Below are positions 7,791 through 17,308 of a stretch of DNA of 64,000 nt, piece after piece. How positions within the stretch are numbered: position 1 is the stretch's first letter; each line of letters opens with the position of its first letter. This DNA comes from an uncultured Clostridia bacterium (GTDB lineage Bacteria > Bacillota > Clostridia > Christensenellales > UBA1242): contig CAKVNM010000004.1 in the NCBI GenBank assembly GCA_934777505.1, positions 14,527-78,526 on the forward strand, read 5' to 3'. The translations under genes were made by a program, and so were the position numbers. The notes beneath the pieces are model-generated. The model was given only the letters and a program-made list of their open reading frames with translations, searched no databases and was not told where the DNA came from.

Positions 7791-8522
7791 ATGCAAAACA
7801 CTATAAAAAAGCCAGAACTCGGTGAGTTAATCAAGCAAAAAAGAAAATCAATGGGACTCACTATTGAGCAAGCCGCTAGAAAGGCAGGTGTTGGGACGAA
7901 AACATGGTGCAGATATGAGGCTGGTGAACCAATTAGGCAAGACAAGTTTAAAAATATTAGTAGGTTACTGAATTTATCAAAAACGCAGACTGAACAAGAT
8001 GACAATTATACTGTCGAAAATTGTCGAAAAGATAAATTTTGGTCAAACTTCCTAGAAAAAGAATATGGCCCTGTGTCTGCATTATCATTTGCGGTAGGCA
8101 GTGAAATCTTGCTAGATGAAATTGAAGAAGAACTTGAAGAGTTGGCAAAAATGCCAAAAAATTCTCATATTGGGCAACTTAAAATTTCATGTATTAAAGT
8201 CTTGTTGCCACCACAATTCTTAACATTCTACGACTACGATTTTTTATATGCAACAAGGGCTGCTTTAAAACAATTAATGAATATTGCTGAGAGAAATAAT
8301 AAGATGATTGCTCGTCGAGTGATAGACGAAATTTTGCTAACAATGATTGTTGAAGAAGCATGTGATGTTATTGATGTAAATAATGATGAGTGTACAGACT
8401 GGATTTACGATATGTTTGGAGATAGTGACATTGATTTTTTGTTTTATGATAATATTTATTTGTTAAAGGATTCAATATATCATTTTTCACATTGGTTTGA
8501 TGAACAATTTTATTGTGAATAA
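7791..8522 (+). CDS. XRE-family HTH protein with unknown acidic C-terminal domain
   Basis: The N-terminus LGELIKQKRKSMGLTIEQAARKAGVGTKTWCRYEAG is an XRE HTH. I do not recognise the remaining roughly 170 aa. RBS is AAGGAG. Confidence 0.7.
   Translation: MQNTIKKPELGELIKQKRKSMGLTIEQAARKAGVGTKTWCRYEAGEPIRQDKFKNISRLLNLSKTQTEQDDNYTVENCRKDKFWSNFLEKEYGPVSALSFAVGSEILLDEIEEELEELAKMPKNSHIGQLKISCIKVLLPPQFLTFYDYDFLYATRAALKQLMNIAERNNKMIARRVIDEILLTMIVEEACDVIDVNNDECTDWIYDMFGDSDIDFLFYDNIYLLKDSIYHFSHWFDEQFYCE
8012..8028 (+). repeat. Tandem TGTCGAA direct repeat inside the HTH gene
   Basis: TGTCGAA at 8012-8018 and 8022-8028, with 10-bp phasing, within the CDS 7791-8522. Confidence 0.6.
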
Positions 8523-8708
8523 AAATAGTAAAAATAGATTTGCGGGGCGTGGTGTTTATTCTTTTTGATATACCGTTGCATTTTTGTCAATATTTTAGCT
8601 TGTCGAAATATATTTTTATAAATTTTACAAAATATTTTACAATAATATTAAACTTGTGTTTTTTTTAAATTAAAAACATTTTTCAACGCTGGCTATTTTT
8701 GCGAAAAA

Positions 8709-8734
8709 TGTCGAATTTGTCGGGTAATGTCGAC
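8709..8734 (+). repeat. Triple TGTCGAA-like direct repeat
   Basis: TGTCGAA at 8709, TGTCGGG at 8718 and TGTCGAC at 8728, with 9-10 bp phasing. Single exact copies also occur at 8601-8607 and 8914-8920. Confidence 0.55.
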
Positions 8735-8967
8735 TTAGGTGGGGTGGACTGAAATATACCGTTGCAGATTTGGTGGTTTTTTCTGTGATTTTCTTGTGCA
8801 AATAGGTAAATATTTGACTTAATTTTGACTGCGGGGATATACTAAATCCGTAGTATTTTTGCTTAGTTTGTCAAGAAAAATTGGAGTTTAAAACAAAAAG
8901 ACTTGATAAATTTTGTCGAAAAATGTAAAATATATTTTAGAAAAAATATAATTTTAGGTTTGAAAAA

Positions 8968-9822
8968 ATGAAATATTTACGGAAGATAATCATAGGAGTA
9001 GTAATCGTTGCGGTTGCAATAACGGGCATGGTTTTAATCAAAAATGGCATACGAAAAGACGCCACAATTAGCATTGACCAAAACAGCCTAACGCTCACAA
9101 TTCACGACAAAGTTGACATCAACAAAGCCTGCGGGATTAGAGTTGAAAACACCAATCAAAGTCCGTTTTACACCAGCGGAAATGTTAGCCTTGTAAAAAT
9201 TGACCCAACCACCGGTGTGATTGAATGTTTGGCGAGCGGTCAAGCGGTCGTTTCCGTAAATGTCAGGGTGGACGAAGACACCTTGATTCGTGAAGATATC
9301 GACATAACAATTTTGGACGAAACGGTTTTTGCAACCAACGCTGTGATTGAAAAAGAAACTGTTACTTTGACTAAAAATTCGACCACAACAAACCAACTTT
9401 CGCATAACGGAAGCAATCTGGAAATTTTGGTTAGATATGAAAACTCGCTCGTTACATACGACCCAGAAACTGGTGTGATTACAAGCGGGAACACTGCTGG
9501 AACGGACACAGTTTTTGTGTATGTACCAAAGAACGAAACCGAATATTTTATTCTAAGTTTCACAGTTGAAGTCCGTGACAATGTGACTACAATTAGCAAA
9601 ACAATTAGCCTAAACTCTACCACCAAAATTGATTTTGGTGATGAGATAACGGCGGAGTTTGTTCCAAATATGAATGATGTTTCAGTCTTGGACGACAGTA
9701 TTTTGACAGTGCTAGACTACGATTGTAGTTTTCTAATCGTCAACGCCAAAAAAGTTGGCACAACAACGATTGCAATTAGAAATAACGCCATTAATGTGGT
9801 AATCGATGTAAGTGTTGTATAA
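8968..9822 (+). CDS. Membrane-anchored protein with bacterial Ig-like (Big_2-like) repeats
   Basis: N-terminal TM segment IIIGVVIVAVAITGMVLI. Repeated segments such as VKIDPTTGVIECLASGQAVVSVNV, YDPETGVITSGNTAGTDTVFVYV and VNAKKVGTTTIAI are typical of Big_2 strands. Confidence 0.6.
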   Translation: MKYLRKIIIGVVIVAVAITGMVLIKNGIRKDATISIDQNSLTLTIHDKVDINKACGIRVENTNQSPFYTSGNVSLVKIDPTTGVIECLASGQAVVSVNVRVDEDTLIREDIDITILDETVFATNAVIEKETVTLTKNSTTTNQLSHNGSNLEILVRYENSLVTYDPETGVITSGNTAGTDTVFVYVPKNETEYFILSFTVEVRDNVTTISKTISLNSTTKIDFGDEITAEFVPNMNDVSVLDDSILTVLDYDCSFLIVNAKKVGTTTIAIRNNAINVVIDVSVV

Positions 9823-9877
9823 ATGATTGATTTTGTTTGAGTAATGCGTTAGAATATATATGTTTTTAGGAGAAAAT

Positions 9878-10468
9878 ATGAGAAAGTTTTTTAGAGAATT
9901 TAAGGAATTTATTTCAAGAGGCAATGTGTTTGATATGGCAGTAGGTTTGATTATTGCTACTGCGTTCAACAAAATTGTTTCCAGTTTGGTTAACGACATT
10001 ATCATGCCACTCGTAACATGGGCTACAGGTGCAGCAAGTCTTGCAGATTTGAGTGTTGTTCTAAGATGGAACGAAGCAGGCGAACCAACATTAACTTGGG
10101 CATACGGCAACTTTATTCAAACAGTAATCGACTTTTTGATTATTGCATTCTCAGTGTTCTGCATGGTAAAAATTGTTAATTCGTCAAGAAAGAAATTCAA
10201 AGAAATTGAAGAATATGCAATCAAGCAAAGCAACAAGGAAATCAAGGCAGAGAAGAAGGCTGTAAAAATTCAAGCAAAGCAAGAAGGCAAACCTTTTAAA
10301 CAGGCTTGGAAAGAACATGAAGAAGCCAAAAAGGCAAAACTAGAAGCCGAGAAAAAAGCACTCGAAGAACAAAAGGTGCTTGAAGAAGCCAACAAGCCAA
10401 AACCAGAAACCACAGACGATATTTTAAAAGATATTCGCACATTGCTAGAAAAAAATAAAACGGAATAA
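9878..10468 (+). CDS. mscL: Large-conductance mechanosensitive channel with Lys/Glu-rich C-terminal extension
   Basis: MRKFFREFKEFISRGNVFDMAVGLIIATAFNKIVSSLVNDIIMPL is the canonical MscL N-terminus. ATG at 9878 follows AGGAG. Confidence 0.85.
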   Translation: MRKFFREFKEFISRGNVFDMAVGLIIATAFNKIVSSLVNDIIMPLVTWATGAASLADLSVVLRWNEAGEPTLTWAYGNFIQTVIDFLIIAFSVFCMVKIVNSSRKKFKEIEEYAIKQSNKEIKAEKKAVKIQAKQEGKPFKQAWKEHEEAKKAKLEAEKKALEEQKVLEEANKPKPETTDDILKDIRTLLEKNKTE

Positions 10469-10555
10469 TCTTCCGTTTTTTTATGCCAAAATATAATAAA
10501 AATTTCAGAAAACTTGAATTAAACGCTGAAAAATTTTCTAAAAATGCTTTAAAAA

Positions 10556-11656
10556 TTACATTTTATCGTTAGGACTTTTACGGTCAAGTTCTGCAAAAAA
10601 CTTTTTGTTTGCTTGCACTGAAATGTTGTTTTTATCAAATTTTTCAGCACGAGAATTGTAGTGTTTGGAACTTGCTATATTGCCCAGTTTGTAGTTGCAA
10701 ACACAAAGTTGTAGGCAAGGGTAGATTTCGTAATATTCTCGCTCAACAAATGCACCGGATTTTAAGTTTGGCGAAGATTTTAATGCGTTTTTAAACCAAA
10801 ACATGGCAGTTTTATAATCGTTTTCTTGCATGAGCAAATCGCCGAGTTTACAGCAGATTTCCGCTCTCGGCAGTCCAAAAAGCAAACTCATCAAAAGGCT
10901 ATACTTTGCACTTTTTCTATCACCGATAGCCAAAAAACAATCGCTCATGTCTTTGCAGGCAGAAATTGCATTTTCGCTCCAAATGTTTGGCATTTTCAAA
11001 AATTTTGAAAACTCCTTTATCGCCCGAGAGTATTTTTGATTAAACATCAGTTCACGAGCGTAGTAATACATTTGTCGTTCGCTAAAAATTATGCCTTGCT
11101 TTCTAAGGTTTTCGTAGATTTTTAGGTTGCGGTTGGATTTTTTTGTTTGAACAATTTTTCTGTGCTCTATGCTGGTGTCAAGATAGCAGATTTTGCCGTG
11201 CGGACTGATTACTTCATGCACGGGGTCTTGCCATAAAAACGAGCCATCATTTTTTACAATTCGCTCCCGATAGTAACTAAAATTTGGCTTGCCAGCGCTG
11301 TCAAAACTTATGTCGTATTTTAGCATAACAACATCAAAATTCGTTTTTTCAAGACTCTGTTTTAACTTTTTTAGTTGCTTAACGGTTTTGCTTGGCATTA
11401 CATCGTCTGCGTCCAGCCACATAACATAGTCCATGCTTGCTTTGGAAAACGCAAAATTTCGGGCGAGCGAAAAATCATTTTTCCACTCAAAATCAAACAC
11501 TTTGTTGGTGTAATTTCTTGCTATTTTCTTGGTAGAGTCGGTCGAGCCAGTATCGACAATGATAATTTCGTCAAACACGCCTTTGCAACTGTTCAAGCAC
11601 CTAGCAAGCACTTTTTCTTCGTTTTTAACAATCATTGCAAGTGATAAAGTTTTCAT
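10556..11656 (-). CDS. Family 2 glycosyltransferase with C-terminal TPR-like domain
   Basis: LSLAMIVKNEEKVLARCLNS ... IIIVDTGSTDST ... WLDADD is the GT-A DxD signature. The helical-repeat C-terminal half is TPR-like. Confidence 0.75.
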   Translation of the reverse strand: MKTLSLAMIVKNEEKVLARCLNSCKGVFDEIIIVDTGSTDSTKKIARNYTNKVFDFEWKNDFSLARNFAFSKASMDYVMWLDADDVMPSKTVKQLKKLKQSLEKTNFDVVMLKYDISFDSAGKPNFSYYRERIVKNDGSFLWQDPVHEVISPHGKICYLDTSIEHRKIVQTKKSNRNLKIYENLRKQGIIFSERQMYYYARELMFNQKYSRAIKEFSKFLKMPNIWSENAISACKDMSDCFLAIGDRKSAKYSLLMSLLFGLPRAEICCKLGDLLMQENDYKTAMFWFKNALKSSPNLKSGAFVEREYYEIYPCLQLCVCNYKLGNIASSKHYNSRAEKFDKNNISVQANKKFFAELDRKSPNDKM

Positions 11657-11868
11657 AATTCCTCACATAATTTATTTAGGTTTTGGTGCAAAAAACAGAC
11701 GAAAAACAACAAATATAACGATTTTGGCTATGCTATCATGCGGACTAATGCCAATTAGGCGGTGAGTATAAAAAAATCGTTTGCTATTTTTTTGTTTTAA
11801 ACCTATAATTATATATGTTCAATCTTATTAAATAAGATATAGTACTTTTTAGATAATATGGGGATAAA

Positions 11869-12666
11869 ATGGATTTCATAAACGAAAGCGAGCAGGGAGA
11901 CAGTAATTCAAAAGCGAATGTTCACGCAGGACACCGAAGTAGATTTAGGCACGCCCTAACGGCTAGTCAGTGGGAAAGTTGCAACGAGCATCAACTTTTG
12001 GAGTATATCCTTAGCGTTGTTATTCCACGCAGAGATACAAACCCGCTGGCTCACGACTTAATCGAAGAGTTTGGAAGTCTTGCAAATGTGTTAGATGCTA
12101 GTTGCTACGACCTAATGCAAATCAAAGGTGTTGGCGAAGTCACAGCGACTTTTCTTCATAGCATACCAAGTTTGTTTAAAGCATATAAACTAAGCAAGGT
12201 TGCTGAAAAGCCAACGCTAACCTGTGCGTCAAATGTTTTCAAATATTTTGGAACGGCGTTCAACCATATGCCGATGGAAGAATTCCACATTTTGTGTGTT
12301 GATTCTAGTGGAAGACTCATCAGCAAAAAGTTGGTGGCAAAAGGTTCTAACAACGAAGTCGCATTTTCTTTAAAAACAGTTTTGGAGTATGCAATAAGAA
12401 CACAAGCCGCTGGCATAATTTTGATGCATAATCACCCAAACGGCGAGCCAAAACCGAGTCCAGAAGATGTTAAACTCACGCATCAAATCTATAACAATTT
12501 GATGTTAAACGGGATTGCAGTTTTGGACCACTTAATCGTTGGCAGACAAGACAATAGTTATTATAGTTTTAAACAAAGCGGACTTATGGACGACTTTGAT
12601 AAAAAATTAAGAACGCTATCGTTGGCGGGGAATGTAAAGAGCAATCCGCCACCATACACAGCGTAG
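11869..12666 (+). CDS. radC: RadC-like JAB/MPN domain protein
   Basis: C-terminal JAMM-type motif HNHPNGEPKPSPEDV, and an HhH-like segment EEFGSLANVLDAS ... IKGVGEV. Confidence 0.8.
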   Translation: MDFINESEQGDSNSKANVHAGHRSRFRHALTASQWESCNEHQLLEYILSVVIPRRDTNPLAHDLIEEFGSLANVLDASCYDLMQIKGVGEVTATFLHSIPSLFKAYKLSKVAEKPTLTCASNVFKYFGTAFNHMPMEEFHILCVDSSGRLISKKLVAKGSNNEVAFSLKTVLEYAIRTQAAGIILMHNHPNGEPKPSPEDVKLTHQIYNNLMLNGIAVLDHLIVGRQDNSYYSFKQSGLMDDFDKKLRTLSLAGNVKSNPPPYTA

Positions 12667-12680
12667 TAAGGAGTATATAT

Positions 12681-14060
12681 ATGGAAAAACTAAAAAATTT
12701 GGATAAAATCGTAAATCTTTGCAAGTCTAGGGGCTTTATTTTTCAAGGTAGCGAGATTTATGGCGGAATGGGAAACACTTGGGACTATGGTCCAGTTGGT
12801 GTTGAACTAAAAAACAATGTTAAAAGAGCATGGTGGAAAAAGTTTGTTCAAGAAAACGACAACAGTTTTGGCGTTGACGCAGATATCTTGATGAACAGTA
12901 GAGTTTGGGACGCAAGCGGTCACACTCAAAGTTTTAGTGACCCAAAAATGGATTGCAGAAATTGCAAAACTCGTCACAGAGCCGACAATCTTATCGAAGA
13001 ATACAACAGAAAGCATAACATTGAAATGCCAGTTGATAGCATGACAAGAGAAGAAATGCAAGCCTACATTTTGGAACACCAAATCAAGTGCCCAAATTGC
13101 GGAAAATGCGATTTTACTGAAATCAAGAATTTTAATCTTATGTTTTCAACCAAGCGTGGAGTAACAGACGATAGTCAGGATATAATCTATCTTCGTCCAG
13201 AAACAGCGCAAGGCGAATTTGTTAACTTTTTGAATGTTCAACGAACAACCCGAGCAAAAGTGCCTTTTGGAATTGCTCAAATCGGCAAGGCGTTTAGAAA
13301 TGAAATTACACCGGGCAACTTTATTTTTAGGACTATCGAGTTTGAACAAATGGAACACCAATTTTTCTGCAAGCAGGAAGACAGCGAAAAGTTCTATAAC
13401 GAATACAAGCAAAAAGCATGGGATTTTGCAACAAGTGTTGGTCTAAAAGCCGAAAATTTGCGTTTTAAAGACCACGACAAACTTGCTCACTACGCAAAAG
13501 CCGCTTGCGATATTCAATACAACTTCCCAATCGGCTGGAACGAACTAAACGGCATTCACAACCGTAGCAACTACGACCTTAGTCGTCATCAAGAGTTTTC
13601 TGGAAAGAGTATGCTTTATCTCGACCCAGTAACAAACGAAAAGTATATTCCTTGCGATATTGAGTATTCTATCGGTTGCGACAGACTCGTGCTTGCACTT
13701 CTTTGTGAAGCGTATGATGAAGAACTTTTGGACGATGGCGAAACAAGAGTTGTTATGCACTTCAAGCCACAAATTGCTCCATACAAGGTTGCAATTTTGC
13801 CACTTCAAAAAAATTTAAGTGAAAAAGCGAAAGAAGTTCTTGCTCTCTTAAAATCAAAATTCATGACTTCGTATGATGAAGCAGGAAGTATTGGTAAAAG
13901 ATATCGCCGTCAAGACGAAATTGGAACACCTTATTGCGTTACAATCGACTTTGATACTCTCGAAAAAAACACAGTTACTGTTAGAGATAGAGATACGATG
14001 AAGCAAGAGATTGTTTCGGTTGACAATTTGGTTAGTTTTCTTCAATCAAAAATAGACTAA
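12681..14060 (+). CDS. glyQS: Glycine--tRNA ligase (alpha2 type)
   Basis: Class II aaRS with the typical GlyRS N-terminus (CKSRGFIFQGSEIYGG), RPETAQG, and a C-terminal anticodon-binding domain. Confidence 0.9.
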   Translation: MEKLKNLDKIVNLCKSRGFIFQGSEIYGGMGNTWDYGPVGVELKNNVKRAWWKKFVQENDNSFGVDADILMNSRVWDASGHTQSFSDPKMDCRNCKTRHRADNLIEEYNRKHNIEMPVDSMTREEMQAYILEHQIKCPNCGKCDFTEIKNFNLMFSTKRGVTDDSQDIIYLRPETAQGEFVNFLNVQRTTRAKVPFGIAQIGKAFRNEITPGNFIFRTIEFEQMEHQFFCKQEDSEKFYNEYKQKAWDFATSVGLKAENLRFKDHDKLAHYAKAACDIQYNFPIGWNELNGIHNRSNYDLSRHQEFSGKSMLYLDPVTNEKYIPCDIEYSIGCDRLVLALLCEAYDEELLDDGETRVVMHFKPQIAPYKVAILPLQKNLSEKAKEVLALLKSKFMTSYDEAGSIGKRYRRQDEIGTPYCVTIDFDTLEKNTVTVRDRDTMKQEIVSVDNLVSFLQSKID

Positions 14061-14065
14061 CAATT

Positions 14066-14093
14066 ATGCTCTCAAATTTGGGAGCATTTTTTT
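14066..14093 (+). terminator. Intrinsic terminator after glyQS
   Basis: Hairpin ATGCTCTC / GGGAGCAT followed by a T-run. Confidence 0.75.
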
Positions 14094-14167
14094 CACTGAT
14101 TTTTGCTTTTGTACAAATATTTTTTTATGATATAACATATATAAATTAATGTAATTATGGGAGAAGT

Positions 14168-16816
14168 ATGGATTATTACACAAAAAGTACTGACGAAGTC
14201 TTAAAAAAACTTGAAACTAGCAAAAACGGACTCGTTTCTTCACAGATTCAGGAAAGACTTGACCCAAGTCACTTAAACAAACTTCACGAAGGCAAGAAAA
14301 AATCCATCTTTGCCAAGTTTTTTGCGCAATTTAGCGATATAATGGTTATTATATTGCTGATTGCTGCCGTTATTAGCACAGCACTTGCAATCTATCAAAA
14401 GGAATATTCCAACTTGTTTGAAGGCGGAATAATCTTTTTTATCGTTATTTTAAATGCGACTATGGGCGTTATTCAGGAAAACAAGGCAGAAAACGCTCTT
14501 GAAAGTTTGAAAAAAAGCACCGAGCCGTTTTGCGAAGTAATCCGTGACGGCGTTCAACAAAAAATCAAGACTGTTGAACTTGTAAAAGGCGATATTGTCG
14601 TGCTGGAAGCAGGCGATATCGTTCCCGCCGATTTAAGGTTAATCGAAACTCATTCCATGAAAATTGACGAGTCCAGTTTGACGGGCGAAAGTTTGACGAT
14701 TGAAAAAAATGCAAACCTTGAACTTGCTCAAAACACACCTCTTAGCGAACGCAAAAACATGGCGTATTCTGGAACGGTTGTGGCTTATGGCAGGGGCATG
14801 GGTGTTGTGGCCGAAATTGGAACAGACACCGAGTTTGGCAAAATTTCTGTTTTAATTCAAACGGGTAAAAAGGAACTCACTCCACTTCAAAAAAGTTTAA
14901 ACAAAATTGGCAAAATCATCAGTTATTCTGTTCTAGCAATAGCAGTTATAATATTCTTTATAGAAATTTTCTTTGCACATCAAAATAGCATAATCGAAGC
15001 ATTTTTAACAGCCGTTGCTCTTGCTGTAGCAGCAATTCCAGAAAGTTTGCCAGCGGTTGTAACAATTATTATGGCTCTTTCCGTTCAAAAACTTGCCAGC
15101 AAAAATGCAATCATAAAACGACTCCACGCAGTCGAGACTTTGGGCAGTTGTCAAGTAATCTGCTCGGACAAAACAGGCACACTCACTCAAAACAAAATGA
15201 CGGTTAAAAGCCTGTTCTACTCAGGAACAATGTTTGACGAAAACGCCACCCACAACTATCAAAGCAAGCAGTTTATAGAACTGTTAAAAGACATGGTGCT
15301 TTGCAATGATTCGTCTGTTAACAAACGAGTTGCCATTGGCGACCCAACCGAAACTGCACTCATAAATTTTGGTTTTCAGTGTGGGCAAGATGTTAATTCT
15401 ATTATCAAAGATTGTAAGCGAGTTTACGAAATTCCGTTTGATAGCAACCGAAAACTCATGACAACCGTCAATAAGTGCGGAGACAAAATCTGTTCATACA
15501 CAAAAGGAGCGGTTGACGGACTTTTAAAAAGATGTACGCACATTTTGCTTGGCGGAAAGAAAGTTAAGATAACCGAGCAAGATATTTCAGCAATCAGCAC
15601 CGCAAACGAACAAATGGCGGGCAAGGCGTTAAGAGTTCTTGCTTTTGCCTACAAAGAACATGACGAGTTTGATAAAAACGAAAAGTTTGAAGAAAACATG
15701 GTGTTTTTGGGACTCGTTGGAATGATTGACCCACCAAGACCCGAAACAATAGAAGCAATCAAAAGATGTTTTAATGCAAGTTTAAAACCAGTCATGATTA
15801 CTGGCGACCACGCCGTTACTGCTTTTGCTATCGCAAAGGAACTTGGTATCGCTAGCAAAAAAACTCAGGTTATCACTGGCGAACAACTAGACAAACTCAG
15901 CGACAACGAATTTTTGGAAAAAATCAATCGTTATTCGGTGTTTGCTCGTGTAAGCCCAGGGCATAAAGTAAGGATTGTAAAAGCGTATCAAAAACTTGGC
16001 AAGGTTGTTGCAATGACTGGCGATGGTGTAAATGACGCACCAAGTTTAAAGATTGCCGATATCGGCGTTGGCATGGGAATTACGGGAACAGATGTAACCA
16101 AAGATGTTGCTGATATGATTATTAGTGACGACAATTTTGCAACCATTGTTGTTGCGGTGGAAGAAGGCAGAAAAATCTACTCCAACATTCAAAAAACAAT
16201 TCAGTTTTTGCTTTCAACCAATGCGGTCGAAGTTGTAACACTGTTTTTGGCGTGTATTTTCTTGCCACAATATACTTTCTTAGTTCCTTCGCAACTACTG
16301 TTTATCAACTTTATAACCGACAGTTTGCCAGCAATCGCTCTTGGACTTGAACCCGCTGAGTACGACATCATGGACAGACCACCACGGGAAAACAGTTCAA
16401 ACATTTTGAGTAACGGAGTTGGCTACAATATCTTGTATCAAGCGGGACTTCAAATTGTCATAATCATGCTAATGTTCACGCTTGGCGTAAAGTTCTACGG
16501 CAACAAGGTTGCAACCACAATGGTGTTCTTCACAATCAGCCTTATTCAAGTGTTCCACTCGTTCAATCTAAAAACCAATCATAGCCTAAAAACCATCAAT
16601 ATTTTCAAAAATAAAGTGTTCAACTATTCCGTTTTGATAGAATTTGGACTAATCGCACTTGTGGCTTTTGTTCCATTTTTAACAAGCATTTTTGGACTAT
16701 GTTCACTCACATGGGTGCAATGGTTAATCGTGCTAGCGTCATCAATCTGCATTATTCCTTTTGTAGAACTTTCCAAATTTTTGGTGGATAAACTAAGAAT
16801 AGAGCGAGTAAAATAA
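14168..16816 (+). CDS. Cation (Ca2+-type, P2A-like) P-type ATPase
   Basis: Phosphorylation site DKTGTLT, hinge TGDGVNDAP, TGES, IPESLPAVVT, and about 10 TM segments. Confidence 0.85.
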   Translation: MDYYTKSTDEVLKKLETSKNGLVSSQIQERLDPSHLNKLHEGKKKSIFAKFFAQFSDIMVIILLIAAVISTALAIYQKEYSNLFEGGIIFFIVILNATMGVIQENKAENALESLKKSTEPFCEVIRDGVQQKIKTVELVKGDIVVLEAGDIVPADLRLIETHSMKIDESSLTGESLTIEKNANLELAQNTPLSERKNMAYSGTVVAYGRGMGVVAEIGTDTEFGKISVLIQTGKKELTPLQKSLNKIGKIISYSVLAIAVIIFFIEIFFAHQNSIIEAFLTAVALAVAAIPESLPAVVTIIMALSVQKLASKNAIIKRLHAVETLGSCQVICSDKTGTLTQNKMTVKSLFYSGTMFDENATHNYQSKQFIELLKDMVLCNDSSVNKRVAIGDPTETALINFGFQCGQDVNSIIKDCKRVYEIPFDSNRKLMTTVNKCGDKICSYTKGAVDGLLKRCTHILLGGKKVKITEQDISAISTANEQMAGKALRVLAFAYKEHDEFDKNEKFEENMVFLGLVGMIDPPRPETIEAIKRCFNASLKPVMITGDHAVTAFAIAKELGIASKKTQVITGEQLDKLSDNEFLEKINRYSVFARVSPGHKVRIVKAYQKLGKVVAMTGDGVNDAPSLKIADIGVGMGITGTDVTKDVADMIISDDNFATIVVAVEEGRKIYSNIQKTIQFLLSTNAVEVVTLFLACIFLPQYTFLVPSQLLFINFITDSLPAIALGLEPAEYDIMDRPPRENSSNILSNGVGYNILYQAGLQIVIIMLMFTLGVKFYGNKVATTMVFFTISLIQVFHSFNLKTNHSLKTINIFKNKVFNYSVLIEFGLIALVAFVPFLTSIFGLCSLTWVQWLIVLASSICIIPFVELSKFLVDKLRIERVK

Positions 16817-16878
16817 GTTTTAGATATTTACAAACAATAATTTATGTGATAAAATATCATAGAAATTGGAGAAAAATT

Positions 16879-17256
16879 ATGAAGACAATAACAAAAAATG
16901 TTGAAGTATTATGGAAGGACACAAAGCGTATTTTTGGAATGCCACTTTCGTTTACAAAGTATGCAATCATTTCAAAACCAGGTCAATGGGTAAAACTTGT
17001 TGAGGAAAGCGGAGTTCTTTCCACCAATGTAGAAGAAGTTATGGCTTATCGTGTTGACGATGTGGGCGTGTATCAATCGGTGTTTGGAAAACTTTTTAAT
17101 GTCGGCAATGTTGAAGTTTACTGCAAAGACGCTTCAACCGATGTTTTGGTATTTAAAAATGTTAAAAACCCATATCAAGTAAAAGACTTAATCACTGATG
17201 TTGTTGAAAGGGAGCGAAAAGCCCGCAACATTCATTACTCGGAAGTTCAGTATTAA
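16879..17256 (+). CDS. Small bacterial PH-domain-like protein (function unknown)
   Basis: ATG at 16879 follows GGAG. The pattern ...YRVDDVGVYQSVFGKLFNVGNVEVY... resembles the bPH/YdbT-type fold. The family call is tentative. Confidence 0.45.
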   Translation: MKTITKNVEVLWKDTKRIFGMPLSFTKYAIISKPGQWVKLVEESGVLSTNVEEVMAYRVDDVGVYQSVFGKLFNVGNVEVYCKDASTDVLVFKNVKNPYQVKDLITDVVERERKARNIHYSEVQY

Positions 17257-17260
17257 TTTT

Positions 17261-17292
17261 AAACCACAAACTTTTTGATTTGTGGTTTTTTT
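17261..17292 (+). terminator. Intrinsic terminator
   Basis: Hairpin ACCACAAA / TTTGTGGT followed by a T-run. Confidence 0.7.
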
Positions 17293-17308
17293 GTGCTATA
17301 ATCATCGT

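Noticed and set aside
10556-11656. GT2-TPR glycosyltransferase as a glycocin (SunS-like) S-glycosyltransferase cluster
   Set aside because: The domain architecture is compatible. However, no small Cys-containing precursor peptide, ABC/peptidase exporter or thiol-disulfide oxidoreductase gene is adjacent. The neighbours are mscL and radC.
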